Shown here: positions 11,403 through 24,237 of the stretch, piece by piece | How positions within the stretch are numbered: position 1 is the first letter of the stretch | How the letters are laid out: each line of letters opens with the position of its first letter | Assembly (NCBI RefSeq): GCF_006345805.1 | Contig: NW_021831834.1 | Coordinates: forward strand, 1 to 64,000 | From: Octopus sinensis | Lineage: Eukaryota | Direction: 5' to 3' | DNA length: 64,000 nucleotides | Program-made: the position numbers and the translations under genes | The notes under the pieces: model-generated | Database searches by the model: none | Seen by the model: only the letters and a program-made list of their open reading frames with translations | Told to the model about the DNA's origin: nothing

Positions 11403-11642
11403 CAGTGAATTTCAAACGGGGTCCATATAGGATTTTGTCGTTAAAATTTACGAGCAATAAATTGGTTATACTTCTACAATGCACAAAATATTTTAACTTT
11501 ATTTTTTATACAATTCCTTATAATATTTAATTATAAAAATATAATAAGAGTTTTTTTTTAAACATCGAATATCTATGACGGTTCAGTAGAATAAAATATG
11601 AATTAAAAGTGTCCATAGGCAAAAGGTGGTTGCGAATCACTG
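11403..11642. mobile_element. hAT-type MITE
   Basis: CAGTG..CACTG termini; 8-bp TSD CTCTAAAT/CTCTAAAC (11395-11402, 11643-11650). Confidence 0.75.
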
Positions 11643-11876
11643 CTCTAAACCTTTGAATTCTCCTCTTCCCAAAAATCTTAAAACTCTTTCCATTTTGTTA
11701 ATTTGTACCTAACATCTTTCAATGCACACCATCGGTAATTTCTTTGGATTACTCTTCTCCAAGTGAAATTTAACCCCTTGTGGGCAATAAAAGAATAAAT
11801 ATCAGAGATGAAATGAATTCTCAAAGCAATGTCATTTTCAGCAATTATATCATCCCAGCAATATACTACAACTGTA

Positions 11877-12080
11877 GGAACGGTGAGCTGGCAGAATCGT
11901 TAGTACGTCGGGCAAAATGCTTAGTGGCATAACGTCCTGAGTTCAAATTCCACCGAGGTCGATTTTGCTTTTCGTTCTTTCGGGGTCCATAAAATAATTA
12001 CCAATTGAGCACTGGGATCGATGTAATTGCCTTATACCCCACCACCGAAATTTCTGGCCTTATGCCAAAATTTGAAACCA
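11877..12080 (+). mobile_element. SINE S1
   Basis: GGTGAGCTGGCAGAATCG head, GAGTTCAAATTCC B box, family core. Confidence 0.8.
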
Positions 12081-12644
12081 ATATTAGAAGTAAAATGGTG
12101 TTAATAGTCCCTTTACTGATTAATATGTAGATAAATAATTGTTTCTTAATTAGAGTTGAAAGTACGACTAGAGTATTACGTGAAAATATAATGTAACTTT
12201 AAAACGACATATGAACTATACATAAAATTATTTCAGAGACTACTAAGATAAAATGATGAACTTCCATTCAATGTCAACGATGGACGCTCCATTGCTTGAC
12301 CATTCCAAAAACTAATGCTTAAGCGGTTGGATATTTCTCGGGCACATGTACTCCTAACGTAGTTCTCGGACAGAATCAGCTACAGGAGGCTGGTTCTTGG
12401 AGATTGGTACATTGTCAATCCACAGATAAATAGAAAAAAAAAGTTGGGAATCGCCTCCATCACCGGAGTGTATTGAATATATCAACTCCCGAAGAATGAA
12501 AGGCAAACAAGATTTCAGTGGAACTTGATCATAAAGTGCAGAAAACCGGAACGAGTGTCATTAGTAATTCAAGCAAATGGCTTGAAGTTTCCACCAATTC
12601 GTCAGTTTTAAAATAAGATAAACAGCATTTCAAAGGTAACATTA

Positions 12645-14905
12645 CGCTGTACAACAATGATTTTGCTACAGAGGAGAAATCATAATTTTCTGGAACAGTT
12701 TTTACCTAGATATGAAAATGAACTCCGTTTTTCATGAAATGACTCCAGTGTTTCGTAAAATGCGCCGTCACTAAACGGTATGTTTTTGCTAGAAAATGGG
12801 TATTTTTCAGTGAAAATAACATTTTTTTCCTAGAATTAAAACGAGTTTTCTGCAAAATGGGTTGTTATTAATAGTAAATACGTTATTTGCGTCTTTTATA
12901 AAAGGAAGAACATCTGTTTTTTAGTACAATATTTATGTTTTTTTCTATGTATAGCATCAGGTCTATCTCTCTGAAGAAACCAGCAAAAGTCAGCAAGCAT
13001 GGCGGGACTCCACTTCCCCTCAGATCGAGTTTCCATTTGACTTATGTCTTGGTGGAATGTTTGTTGCTGATGTCTGCTGCATTCTGAGGAAATAAAGCTA
13101 GATGCGAATGCAAATAGCGAACTTTTAACGACATTATGATTTAGCACCCTAATGATTTGTACAAATCAATGAGTTTTCCTACAAGTACTTCATTGTTGGC
13201 TGCTCTGCGCTTCCCATGTAGACCATAACATACGTTTCTGAAACTTTGCCATGCATCCAATTCCAACATATTCAAGGTGTTTTCAAAATTATCGTTTGTC
13301 AAAAGTTGCCGAATTTGGGGACTGACAAACACGCCTTCTTTGATTTGCTCATGGCTTAGTTTGGGAAACTTAGTTTTCAAGTACAAAAATGGTGGCTCTT
13401 CCAGATTTAACTTCTTAACAAACTGTTTGATAGGACCTAATTTAATATGCAATGGAGGCAAACTTATTTTCTCCTTAAGAACCAGTGGTTCACGTATAAC
13501 GTTATGTGAACCTATTTCTCATTCATTTCTCAATGGCTATTCACTACGGATATAATGCTCTTACCAAGCACGGCTGTCCTATTGACACAAAAAGTACATG
13601 TACTAAGTAAACCCAGCCTACAAGCCAATTACAATCACTACAATTTTCAAGTTAGCACAAATCAGCCATTTACACTCATTGTATCTTATACAACCTAATG
13701 TGAACGATAAATTTTCATACGTTTCCTTTAGTGCAACAGAATGAGCTACAGGAACTGACGGAAGTTTATTACCTATGTGCGGTAGCACAGCTTTAGTACT
13801 ATAAAGCGAAGAGTCTAAGAATAGCCACCACTCACTAGGGTCGTAATTTAAGCCAAGATACTCAAAGAGTCCATTCATTTCAATTTTTTCTATTAAACCA
13901 TCAGGACGATTTCGAAATTTTGTGATGCTGACATCTTGAGTTTCCAAGTTTCTTTTCTTTAACCTAGAAAACAGTAAGTCGCTCTGCATCTTCGTTAATC
14001 TCAAATCCCGAACAAGATCGTTTAACTCATCCTGTGCTAGAGATTTCGGTCCGGACTGTTCTGATGCAGGCACATACACCTCATCTTGTTCACAATTCTC
14101 TTCTGATTCACTAGTATCAGATAAAACCATGTTCGCAGGTACCGTAGGTATCGGAATGCTGGCCGAATGAGGTACAGTCCGAATGGCGGATTTTACATTC
14201 GGATACATCCCCGACGGCGCACTCTTCGTTGTTATATCTGTTAAGAAAATAAATTATATTATAGCATTTCCTATATTTAATGTAACGAATAAAAATAAAT
14301 ATATTTAGATAAATTTATGCTAAGTTTACTGAAAATAAAAAACACACCTTTAACATCTACAAGATAGAAATAGTAGTCAGAATGGTGGTCTTGTGGTTCA
14401 TGCCAATTCATTGGAATTCCAAACTGCATACTTCTTAACTTTCCCAAAGACCATTGGTACATGCTGTGCAACATATATGTGGTGCCCAACTTTGATCTTG
14501 GTCTCCTATCATCACTCAAAAATATATAAATAATACTGCTTGTTTTTTTTTTTACCAATGGCGTAATAATTCTTGAATACTTCTGGAATGTCACAGCACC
14601 ACAGCTATAACAATTTGTCTGGGTGATTTCTACACAGACCTCTTGTTATTTTAATGCAATTTTTATTCTAATTAAAGATTTAATTAAATGTTTATAGGTA
14701 TTTTATAGCTTTTTTTTCTCTGAAAATCTGAAAAATGAAAAATTGAATTATAAAAATACCCTAATATTAAAAAGCAGAATTACCATAAACTAAAGTCATT
14801 CTGTGAGAAACGGTTGCCATTTCTGTGATCTACGCATAAAATTATCTTAGAAAACCTTATTCTCATCTCCGTAGTCGAAATAACGTTCAGTTTTGTTGTA
14901 CAGTA
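12645..14905 (-). mobile_element. Decayed DNA transposon, probably Chapaev (Chapaev3-like), with a fragmented transposase
   Basis: TIR core CTGTACAACAA (12647-12657) / TTGTTGTACAG (14893-14903); transposase remnants GIPMNWHEPQDHHSDYYF, ELNDLVRDL, EWWLFLDSS, PPLHIKLGPIKQFVK, EGVFVSPQIR, GKWSPAMLADFCW across several frames. Superfamily assignment is from recalled motifs. Confidence 0.7.
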
Positions 14906-15367
14906 TTTTCAACGAAAAAAAATGATACAAGGGAGACAACTCTGTATTTTTTCCTCTTGTTCTTACACTTCATAGTGAGTAGAGCCAAATGTTTTGTTTA
15001 TCTCTGTTTTAGATAACACTTCATGTAATGACACTAATTAGCAGAAATAGTAGAACACTATATGTCATTAATCAGATGCAGTATTTAGTGACATTACATT
15101 CTAGGTTCAAATCCAGGATGCATAGAACAATTTAATTGACAATCCCCTTCAAGAAAATTTCTTTGCACACATCCATCAATACTATTATTATAACAAAAGA
15201 AATCATCATTATTATAATTAAAATATATTTTTAAGACAGTGGTAGTAGTAGTAGTAAGTCATTCGTCTGTGTCGCATCCAGTGCTTTAATAGGTACCAGT
15301 TCACCACTGTAATCGGCATACCTCACCTCTCCCTAAATTTACTAGCTCTTCTCCAAACTTTGAAACC

Positions 15368-15790
15368 ATTATTATTATTATGGAGTGAGAGAGCAGTTCA
15401 TGCCATCAAAGTGACACTGGGGTAAAATATACGAAGCCCAATATACCCATCATGACTTCCCGTCTGATAAGGGTACACCAGGCACATGCATCACAACCAT
15501 ACGTGCGCGACATGGTGATCTCATATCAAGGTAAACAGCGCATGACCTTGCAGGTGGGGCCCAGTTAGAATTTTCTTCTGGTCGAGTAGCCTATCCAGCT
15601 CAAAAGGTCCCTGAATAAGGGTTGCTTAAGGATGTTGAAAGAACCACCCATGTTTCCAGAGGTGAATTATTCAAACCCCAAAGAATCCCTCTCAACACAT
15701 GGCTATGATGCTCCCCCACTACTTCTGCTCGTGATCAGAGATGCACATATCGTCAGCCACTAAGGGACATGATCAACTGGTTAAGGTCGT
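15368..15790 (-). mobile_element. Non-coding ~550-bp (AAT)n-tailed retroelement family (M), copy 1
   Basis: GAGTGAGAGAGCAG..CCATCAAAGTGACACTGGGGTAAAATATACGAAGCCC.. follows (ATT)n; other copies at 16585-17045, 17650-18255, 57305-57530 and 61328-61550. Confidence 0.75.
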
Positions 15791-15944
15791 AATTTTAACC
15801 AATCAATGACGTGTATTCAGCTGAAGAAAATTATTGCTGCTGTTTGCAAACAACAACTTCTGGGTCCCCTCCGAATTTTCAAAGTGTTTACTTAAAAGAA
15901 AAATTAATAAAAAAAATATGCTGGTCAGATTGAAAAGATCCCGT

Positions 15945-16280
15945 CTTTGTTTATTTGTTGTGGACAAGATATCTCAAGAAATGCTAAATGGATTCGGATG
16001 AAACTTTCAGGGATAATTGGCCTCATGACTGGCACGAACTGATTAGATTTTGGGATCAATCTGGTATCAGAGAAGGATTCTAGATTATTTTTTCGGTTTT
16101 TTTTTTTGTTGTTTTACCTAATTTTTGAGAGCAGCCGTGTTCATTTTTAGTATTCTCGTTTGTGAGAGCAGTCGAGTTTATTTCAGATATTCTTATTTTA
16201 AAAACCATCTCCGGCTAATCGTTGAGAAGACGTTAGCGTTGCCTTGGCGGAAGTTTGCGCCCTGTGAGTGCTCTTGTTAT
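15945..16280 (+). mobile_element. Non-autonomous DNA-type element fragment (DINE/HINE- or Kolobok-like 3' end)
   Basis: Ends in CCTTGGCGGAAGTTTGCGCCCTGTGAGTGCTCTTGTTA, which resembles widespread metazoan non-autonomous elements; the 5' end was not found. Confidence 0.4.
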
Positions 16281-16584
16281 TATTATCATCACCATCTTTC
16301 AATTCTGTTTCCATTTCTTGCCGAGTGTCTTCCTGGTACCTATGGAAGAGAAACTCACTGTATACATTGGCAAGCAATTAAAATAAACACACCAGATTGT
16401 TCATTTACAGAGTCACGTGATAGAGAAAAAAGGGCAAATAGACAGAGAGAAAAAGGAAAAAAATTAAAAAGTAAACAAAGAAAATAGGAGCGTGGAACAA
16501 AAATTCCCAAACTCTTCTCAGTACCTGTGACGTACTAGTTTAAACAATCTTCTGCACTTCCTGCATGTATGGTAAGCCAGAGAT

Positions 16585-17045
16585 CTATTATTATTATTAT
16601 TATTATTGAGTGAGAGTAGGGCATGCCACCAAAGTGACACTGGTGTAAAATATATGAAGCCCATTATACCCATCATGACTTCCCGTCTTATAAGGGTACA
16701 CCAGGCACATGTATCACAACCACATGTGTGTGACATGGTGATCTTATATCAAGATAAACAGCGCATGACCTCGCAGGTAGGGCCCAGTTAGAATTTTCTT
16801 CAGACCGAGTAGCCCATCCCGCGCAAAAGGTCCCTGAGTAAGGGTCGTTTAAGGATGTTTTACTAGACAGCCATGTTTCCAGAGGTGAATTATCCAAACC
16901 CAAACAAATTTTTTTCAACACATGGCTATGATGATCAGAGATGCACAATTCATCAGCTACTAAGGAACATGCTCAACTGGTTAAGGTCAAACAAGTGACA
17001 AGTAAATCTGTGGTATTGAGCAGTTAAGATCAGAAACCATGAGAA
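16585..17045 (-). mobile_element. Family M copy 2
   Basis: High similarity to 15368-15790 and 17700-18255. Confidence 0.75.
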
Positions 17046-17649
17046 TCACTGTCTTATTATTGTTATTACTGTTATCGCGTGTAGGGCGGATCCGGTCATC
17101 AGCTGAGCCCATCGTGAAGATCGCCCCGCTGCCTTCCTTTCTTTGGCCGGGAAGGAAATGCAATTTTTCACTGTCTGGTGGCTATGACGAAAGAAGTAGT
17201 GTGGTGGACAAGGCTGAAAGGACTGAAGACAGATACTTTCTTCTTCAGCTAAGCCCTCATTGGCTTTTTCAAGTTCCACTTGAAAAGGAAATTGAAGGTA
17301 GAGAGTTAAGTTCTGCCCCACCAGTAAATTTGGTGAAAGACAGCTGCATGTGACGACAATGGCCCATGTGAATGGGCCTACACTGAAGCTTCGTTTGTAA
17401 ACCGGAGGTGTTAAGGAGAGCGGTGCCTGCTGAGGTGCACCTGGCGGTCGGGGTAACCAAGCTGCGTGGGTTTGTGCGGTTGTCTCTGTAAGGAACTCCC
17501 AACTTTGGGGGAATTCTTATAGTTAAATTGTTTTCTTATTTGTTTTTTTTAATACTTATTCTATACACGGCATTGTTCAACATCCCACTTGTCCTTTGTA
17601 TTGCATTGTCCCTATTTGTCGTGCCTGGCCCTTGTGGCCAATAAAAGAA

Positions 17650-17677
17650 AGTATTATTACTATTATTATTGTTATTA

Positions 17678-17718
<41 letters not shown>

Positions 17719-18255
17719 GAGTGAGAGAGTAGGGCATGCCATCAAAGTGACACTGGGGTAAAATATACGAAGCCCAGTATGGGTACACTAGGCTCATGCA
17801 TCACAACCATATGTGCACAACATGGTGCTATTATATCAAGATAAACATCACATGACCTTGCAGGTGGGGCCCAGTTAGAATTTTCTTCTGGTCGAGTAAC
17901 CCATCCCGCTCAAAAGGTCCCTGAATAAGGGTTGTTTAAGGATGTTGAACGAAACACCCATGTTTCCAGAGGTGAATTATTCAAATCTCAAAGAATCCCT
18001 CTCAACACATGGCTATGATGCTCCCCCACTACATCTGCTTGTGATCAGAGATGCACATATCGTCAGCCACTAAGGAAGATGCCCAGCTGGTTTAGGTCAA
18101 ACAACTGACAAGCAAATCTGTGGTATTGAACAGAATATTTGCTGTAGCCCATCTTTTATACCAAGACAAAACAATGTATATGATAACACTTCCAATCAGT
18201 TGAGATCAGAAGCCATGAGAGCCACTGCCTGGTACTGCATTAGGGCATTTACCTG
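17650..18255 (-). mobile_element. Family M copy 3 (longest, with long (ATT)n)
   Basis: As above; (ATT)n at 17652-17718. Confidence 0.75.
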
Positions 18256-18267
18256 GTACTGCTGCTG

Positions 18268-18335
<68 letters not shown>

Positions 18336-18385
18336 GCACCACCACCACCAGCACCACCATCACTACCATCATCATCATCATTATT
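18268..18385. repeat. (CAT/CAC)n trinucleotide microsatellite
   Basis: Seen directly; produces spurious poly-M/I/D ORFs. Confidence 0.95.
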
Positions 18386-18386
18386 A

Positions 18387-19205
18387 AGGCGGCGAGCTGA
18401 CAGAAACGTTAGCACGCCGGGCAAAATGCTTAGCTGTATTTCGTCTGTCATTACGTTGTGAGTTCAAATTCCGCCGAGGTTGACTTTGCCTTTCATCCTT
18501 TCGGTGTCGATAAATTAAGTACCAGTTACGCACTGGGGTCGATGCAATCGACTTAATACCTATGTCTGTCCTTGTTTGTCCCCTCTATGTTTAACACCTT
18601 GTGGGTAATAAAGAAATAGGTATTTCGTTTGCCGTTACGTTCCGAGTTCAAATTCTGCTGAGGTCGACTTTGCCTTTCGTCTTTTCAGGGTCAATTAAAT
18701 AAGTACTAGTTGTGCACTGGGCTCGATATAATCGACTTAATCCGTTTGTCTGTCTTTGTTTGTCCTCTCTGTGTTTAGCCCCTTGTGGGTAGTAAAGAAA
18801 TAGGTATGTTGTCTGTCTTTATGTTCCGAGTTCAAATTCCGCCAAGGTTGACTTTGCCTTTCATCCTTTTGGAGCCGATAAATTAAGTACCAGTTACGCA
18901 CTGGGGTCGATGTAATCGACTTAATCCCTTTATCTGTCCTTGTTTGTCCCCTCTATGTTTAACCCGTTGTGGGCAATAAAGAAATAAGAATCGTTAGCAC
19001 GACAGGAAAATGCTTAGCGGCATTTCGTCCTTCTTTACGTTCCGAGTTCAAATTCCGTCGAGGTCGACTTTGCCTTTCATCCTTTCGGGGTCGATTAAAT
19101 AAGTACCAGTTACGCACTGGGGTTGATGTAATCGACATAATCCGTTTGTCTGTCCTTGTTTGTCCCCTCTATGCTTAGCCCCTTGGGGGCAATAAAGAAA
19201 TAAGA
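18387..19205 (+). mobile_element. Tandem array of four S1 SINE units
   Basis: Repeated GAGTTCAAATTCC..GGGGTCGA..CCCCTTGTGGG.AATAAAGAAATA units with a period of roughly 185-230 bp. Confidence 0.85.
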
Positions 19206-19949
19206 AACTGAAAGACACCTGTCGTATATGTACATGTGTATATATCTATAGGTGTGTGTCCGTGTGTTTGTGTTTGTCCTTCATCACAGCTTGACTACCG
19301 GTGTTGGTTTGTTTATGCACCTGTAACCTTGCGGCTCGGCAAAAAGAAACGTATAAGTACTAAGCTTAAAATATGTACTGGGATCGATTTATTTGACAAA
19401 GCACTTCAAAGCAGTGTTCCATCATGATTGCAGTTGAGTGAATGAAACAAAAAAATGATAAAAAGATACTCATCAAACTATTTTCATTTTGTTTCCACTA
19501 TTTTCGCATGACTCTCTTCAATTATTTTCTTCTTAGTCACTAGATGTCATATGTTACCGGGGCAAAATATTTAATATTCCATCTGTTTGTTGTATAGAAT
19601 ACTTGCTCTGTGAGATCTCTTATTGTTAACTGTCAGTAGCCTTTTATGTGCTGTATAAATTGTAAGTTACTTTATATTATTTGGTGGCAATTGTATAGAA
19701 TATGAGCTATGTGAGGGAAGAGTTATAGTAGCAGGTGTCGATTGTACTGAGCGAGTCAGTCTTTTTTTCTTTTGTCATTGAGGTCATTTATATGAATATA
19801 GAAAATAGACGCATGACTCATCAAAGAAAAGCTATATTTGAAAACAAATTGGTACAAATAATCTTGAGAATCCGTTCATCACAACCATTCAATGACTCCA
19901 CTGTTAGTATCAATGACTGCTTCAATACAGGGTCGGAAGCATTGACGTA

Positions 19950-20900
19950 CTCAAATCAGATGATCTGAATTTTCTCTCGACTATACCCCATACATAATAG
20001 TCCAGTGGATTGAGGCCTTGTGAGTTAGGAGGCCATGTGTCTGGGAGAACATGATCATGGAGCATGGCAAGCATCCATGCTTGGGTTATCCTAGCCTTAT
20101 AAGATGGTATAGAATCTTGGAAGACGCATGGTCTCCCGTTGCGTACCCTCTCTATCTAGGGCCTCACAGCTCTCCCCAACACCTCCGTGTAGATAGTGAC
20201 ATTTAATCTTTCGCCTCGTTGCTGATGACCCCCAGAACCATCACAGTTGCCATGAGCTTAGTATATACAACCGTTGGAACCTCATTCGGGTCTCTGGATA
20301 ACTACCTAACATTCCTTCGGTTTACCTTTTGGTCCTGATCGAAATTTTTCTCATCGGAAAAAAAAACTCAAAGCATTCCAGCCCCTTTGTGTTTTAACTT
20401 GTTTAACAAGCACCTTGCATGCATCGAGCAATTATCTCTTGTCACATCCAATATAAACTGACCCCTCAGCGTCACATACGACTTATACCGGATGTTCTCA
20501 TGCACAACTCTTCTGGTGGTGTACTCTGAAATATTGAAATCCTTTGCAATGCCTCTGACTGACTTTCTGGGATTTTTATTGATTATTTCTTGGACGTTTT
20601 GTATAAAGTTATGTGTTATGATGGTATCAGGGCTCAGTGCATGAGTTTTATATTTAGTTGCTGATGTTGGAACCCCGTTAGCAGCTTCCAGCTCCTTTGG
20701 AACATTGACAATGAAGGAACGAGTAACTTTCAGGATCAAGCTATCTCAGAATAACTATACTGCACTTTTAGGGCAACGACTACAGCGCGCCTTTTCATTT
20801 ACTGAGAGAACCTGATGTCTGACGTTATTTTTCTGAAAAGTAAGATAAAAAAGTAAGTTAGAAGAAAGTTAGAGTTCTTGAAAGAGGTACCCTCAAAAAA
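19950..20900 (-). mobile_element. Decayed Tc1/mariner-superfamily (maT/DD37D-like) transposase fragment
   Basis: NPRKSVRGIAKDFNISEYTTRRVVHENIRYKSY (HTH region) and WPPNS.GLNP near 20010-20045; boundaries approximate. Confidence 0.65.
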
Positions 20901-21039
20901 TTGTATTGTATCAATGGGTAGTATTTAAGTAGAGCATGTCCAGCATGAATTGTATAACTTGGTGGTGATTGTGTTGAGTATAAAATAATATAGGAAGTGG
21001 GCAATGCTGAGCAATACTATTTTTTCTATTTGCTGAGTT

Positions 21040-21480
21040 TGGAAGAAGAGGCTGACCTCATGACCCTTGCAGGCCTTCTGACACTGATGAGATTGATATT
21101 AACGTTCCATTTAAACTGTTGCAGGTCAATATTTGTAGGAAAGACATGAGCAGGGAAGAGGTTCCAGAAAGTTCTGGGAATAGTGGTTAGGTTGGGTGCT
21201 ACAAGGGCGATGAATGGTGGAAAGAGATGGGCGGGTGGGGTTATCTTAGTGATCGGTCACATCTGAGGAACAGAGACTATTATAGTAGTGTTAGAAAAAA
21301 AAGACAGTGAGAACGGAAACAAGAGGTTGGAGTGCATCCATTTGTGATGGTATACCAATCAGCCGAGTGACCCTTCTCTGGATGCGGTGAAGGATATCAA
21401 TTTCCGGAGCAGCAGTACCTTCGATTTGTGGTCGCAGCGCTCTAATTATGCATGTCAGAGGAATTAACGCAATGAGGAAA
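21040..21480 (-). mobile_element. 3' fragment of a CR1/L2-type LINE
   Basis: Minus-strand remnants DILHRIQRRVTRLIG, LQPL, YYNSLCSS resemble post-RT C-terminal motifs; degenerate. Confidence 0.5.
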
Positions 21481-22479
21481 AGTAAATGGAGAGCGCATCG
21501 TTGTTGATGTTATTTCTCTACGTGACAAGATGTTTGTTCGTGAGTTCCGAAAGTATAAATTACGGATCTTTTCCTTTTGATGGACGGAATTTCTAGTTAA
21601 CTAAACAATTTGAAACGGGAATTAATTAAAAATTAAAGCAAAAAGATAATTAACTCCGCCTATGTTGACATCTTTAACACGTGTTTAGATCAGAGAAATC
21701 TAATACACAGCTTGTGATGACGTCACAACAATCATTTCAATGACGCTCTATTACATGTTTAAAATTATAACCAAATGTGTGTGTGTAGTCACTCTCGCAA
21801 TTTTAACTAAGGGGAGGTAAAAATTGTAGGCTTTTTTATGAGTTACTTCCCATTGACCATTAACTTTTTAAAACTTTTTTTTAAAGTCTTTCTTCTCAAA
21901 GAGATTAATAATTTTGTCAGTCATTTTTAGCTAACCCCGAAACTTTGACACCCAGTCAAATGACTAACCAACGCTTACAAGAAATAATTTACATTTAACC
22001 TACGATAGTCAGTACTGATTCTTCTGCTTGTCAGTTTTTGAATTGAATGACACTTCAATTTTTAGATACAGGACAAATCAATGGCTATATTTATTTTAAT
22101 ATTAACTTTCACTATTTATCAAAAGTTTTGGAGTTCTCTGATAGAAATGATTTACCGTGTTTTCTTATGTATAAGTCGTGCTCATTTATAAGTCACACCT
22201 CTAATTTAGTGATAAATATTGATACAAAACTTTTTCCTTTATAGTTTGAGCTTTGCCCAGTGTATGTATGTAATTATTCAGTTTATTTAAAGATTTGTTG
22301 CCAATAGAGAAAGGACCGGTTTCTGACCTAGATCCAAGGCTCCTTCATTGGAATTTCAACATCCACAACAGGGTATTTTTGTTTGTATATATGTACGTGT
22401 GTCTGCATGCCTGTATGCAAGTACGTATGTATGTGTGTGTGTGTGTGTGTATATGACGTGGCAAGCCAAGTGATACTGT

Positions 22480-23015
22480 AACTGTGGCCTATTCCAGTGC
22501 AGCAAAACCAACCCATTTAAGAGTACCCTTCAATCATTGGGCAATAAACTGTGCTTGTGAAGACCTGTTGAGTCAAGTGAAGTCATTGTTGTGGCTGATG
22601 ACAGTACCACCTGATTGGTATCCGTACCGGTGGCACATAAAAAGCACCATTTGATTGTGTGATCGTTGCCAGTGCTGCCTGACTGGCTCCTGTGCTGGTG
22701 GCATGTAAAAAGTACCATCTGAGCGTGGTTGATGCCTGTGCTGGCTGACTGGTCCCATGCCAGTGGCACGTAAACAGCACCATTCAAGTGTGGTTGATGC
22801 CAGTACCCCCTGACTGGTCCTTGTGCCAGTGGATTGTAAAAAGCACCCTCTACACTCTTGGAGAGGTTGGCCTTAGGAAGGGTATTCAGCTGTAGAAACT
22901 CTGCCAGATCACATTGGAGCCTGGTGCAGCCTTCTGGCTTGCCAGCCCTCAGTCAAACCATCCAAACCATGTCAGCATGGAAAATGGATGCTAAAGTCAA
23001 TGATGATGAAGATAT
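22480..23015 (+). mobile_element. 5'-truncated RTE LINE 3' UTR (tandem ~60-bp units, GGAAGGGTATTCAGCTGTAGAAAC core, (GAT)n tail)
   Basis: The same UTR follows the RTE ORF stop at 25176; other copies at 27955-28100, 33465-33965, 36720-37050, 37420-37640, 38330-38560, 55390-55620, 56460-56850, 59620-59770 and 60460-60600. Confidence 0.75.
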
Positions 23016-23086
23016 ATATATACATACATACATACATACATATATGTATATATATATATATATATATTAATAAATAAAACATATGT

Positions 23087-24134
23087 AGAGTAGATGAAAC
23101 CATGGCGACTGAAGAAGGGGAATTTTCCCTGTGTTATTTGTCCTGTACTCTATTTTTTGTTGTTTAAGAAAAATGTCCAGTTCCTTGGTTTTGTGTTTAT
23201 GTTTTCGTTTCTCATTGTGTTCGACGTTTTTTGTGTGTCCTGTACCCATATATGCGTGTATATATACATGTAGAGGTAGGTACGTACATATATGTATATA
23301 TATATATGCATATGTTGCATTTATTAAAATAGTATATGACGGAACGCATGCATCCATTTCTAAGTAAGATTGTTCTTGATATTATAATGATGCGCACTCT
23401 TGACCTTTCTGTCCCCTCCCTTTCTCAGCCTTCATTCTTTCTGGTTTCCTTTTCTTCTACTTTACTGTCTCTCCCTCTCTCTCATTCTTCAATCTCTCTC
23501 TCTCTCCCTCTCTTTCATTCTTCACTCTCTCACTCTCTCTCTCCCTATCTCTCATTTTTCAATCTTTCTGGTTCCCTCACAACCATTCCCTTTTTTTCTC
23601 TCCCTTTCTCTTGCTCCTCTTCCTCCCTCCCACCGTTAACCTGCGACGAGAGCTCTGCTACTGTCTTTCTGGCCTGACTTCCTTGAAGTGTGGACGGCAT
23701 TTTCTTTGCTCCTTTGCTGTCCTCAAAAAATAGCGTTCGTAATACTTTTTTTTGTTCGGCTTAACAGCCCTTCTTGATTATTTGATTTGCTTTTCGCAGG
23801 AAGGAAAGTTTCCATCGAAGATGCGTATCGCCTTCACCTTCGAAACGCAGAGTAGATGAAACCATGGCGACTGAAGAAGTGGAATTTTCCTTGTGTTATT
23901 TGCCCTGTACTCTATTTTTTTGTTGTTTAAGAAAAATGTCCAGTTCCTTGGTTTTGTGCTTATGTGTTTGTTTCTCATTGTGTTCGACGTTTTTTGGGTG
24001 TCCTGTACCCATATATGCGTGTATATATACATGTAGAGGTAGGTACGTACATATATGTATATATATATATGCATATGTTTTATTTATTAATATATTATAT
24101 GACGGAATGCACGCATCCATTTCTAAGTAAGATT

Positions 24135-24139
<5 letters not shown>
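23087..24139 (-). mobile_element. Element with 290-bp direct terminal repeats (23087-23376, 23849-24139) and a broken ORF start; possibly a Penelope-like derivative
   Basis: Repeats about 93 percent identical by eye; minus-strand GTCGCCATGG start of MVSSTLRFEGEGDTHLRWKLSFLRK; flanked by (TA)n/(TC)n; 21-bp inverted junction at 23065-23085. Confidence 0.55.
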
Positions 24140-24186
<47 letters not shown>

Positions 24187-24197
24187 ATATATATATA

Positions 24198-24237
<40 letters not shown>

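Noticed and set aside
17045-17520. GC-richer stretch with 77-104 aa ORFs
   Set aside because: No motif recognised; possibly a decayed retroelement piece, but I cannot support a call.
21084-21090. CTGATGA motif (also at 36472 and 62820)
   Set aside because: No paired stem II followed by GAAA and a UH site.
21718-21725. CRE palindrome TGACGTCA
   Set aside because: A single 8-mer is expected by chance in 64 kb and there is no linked promoter evidence.
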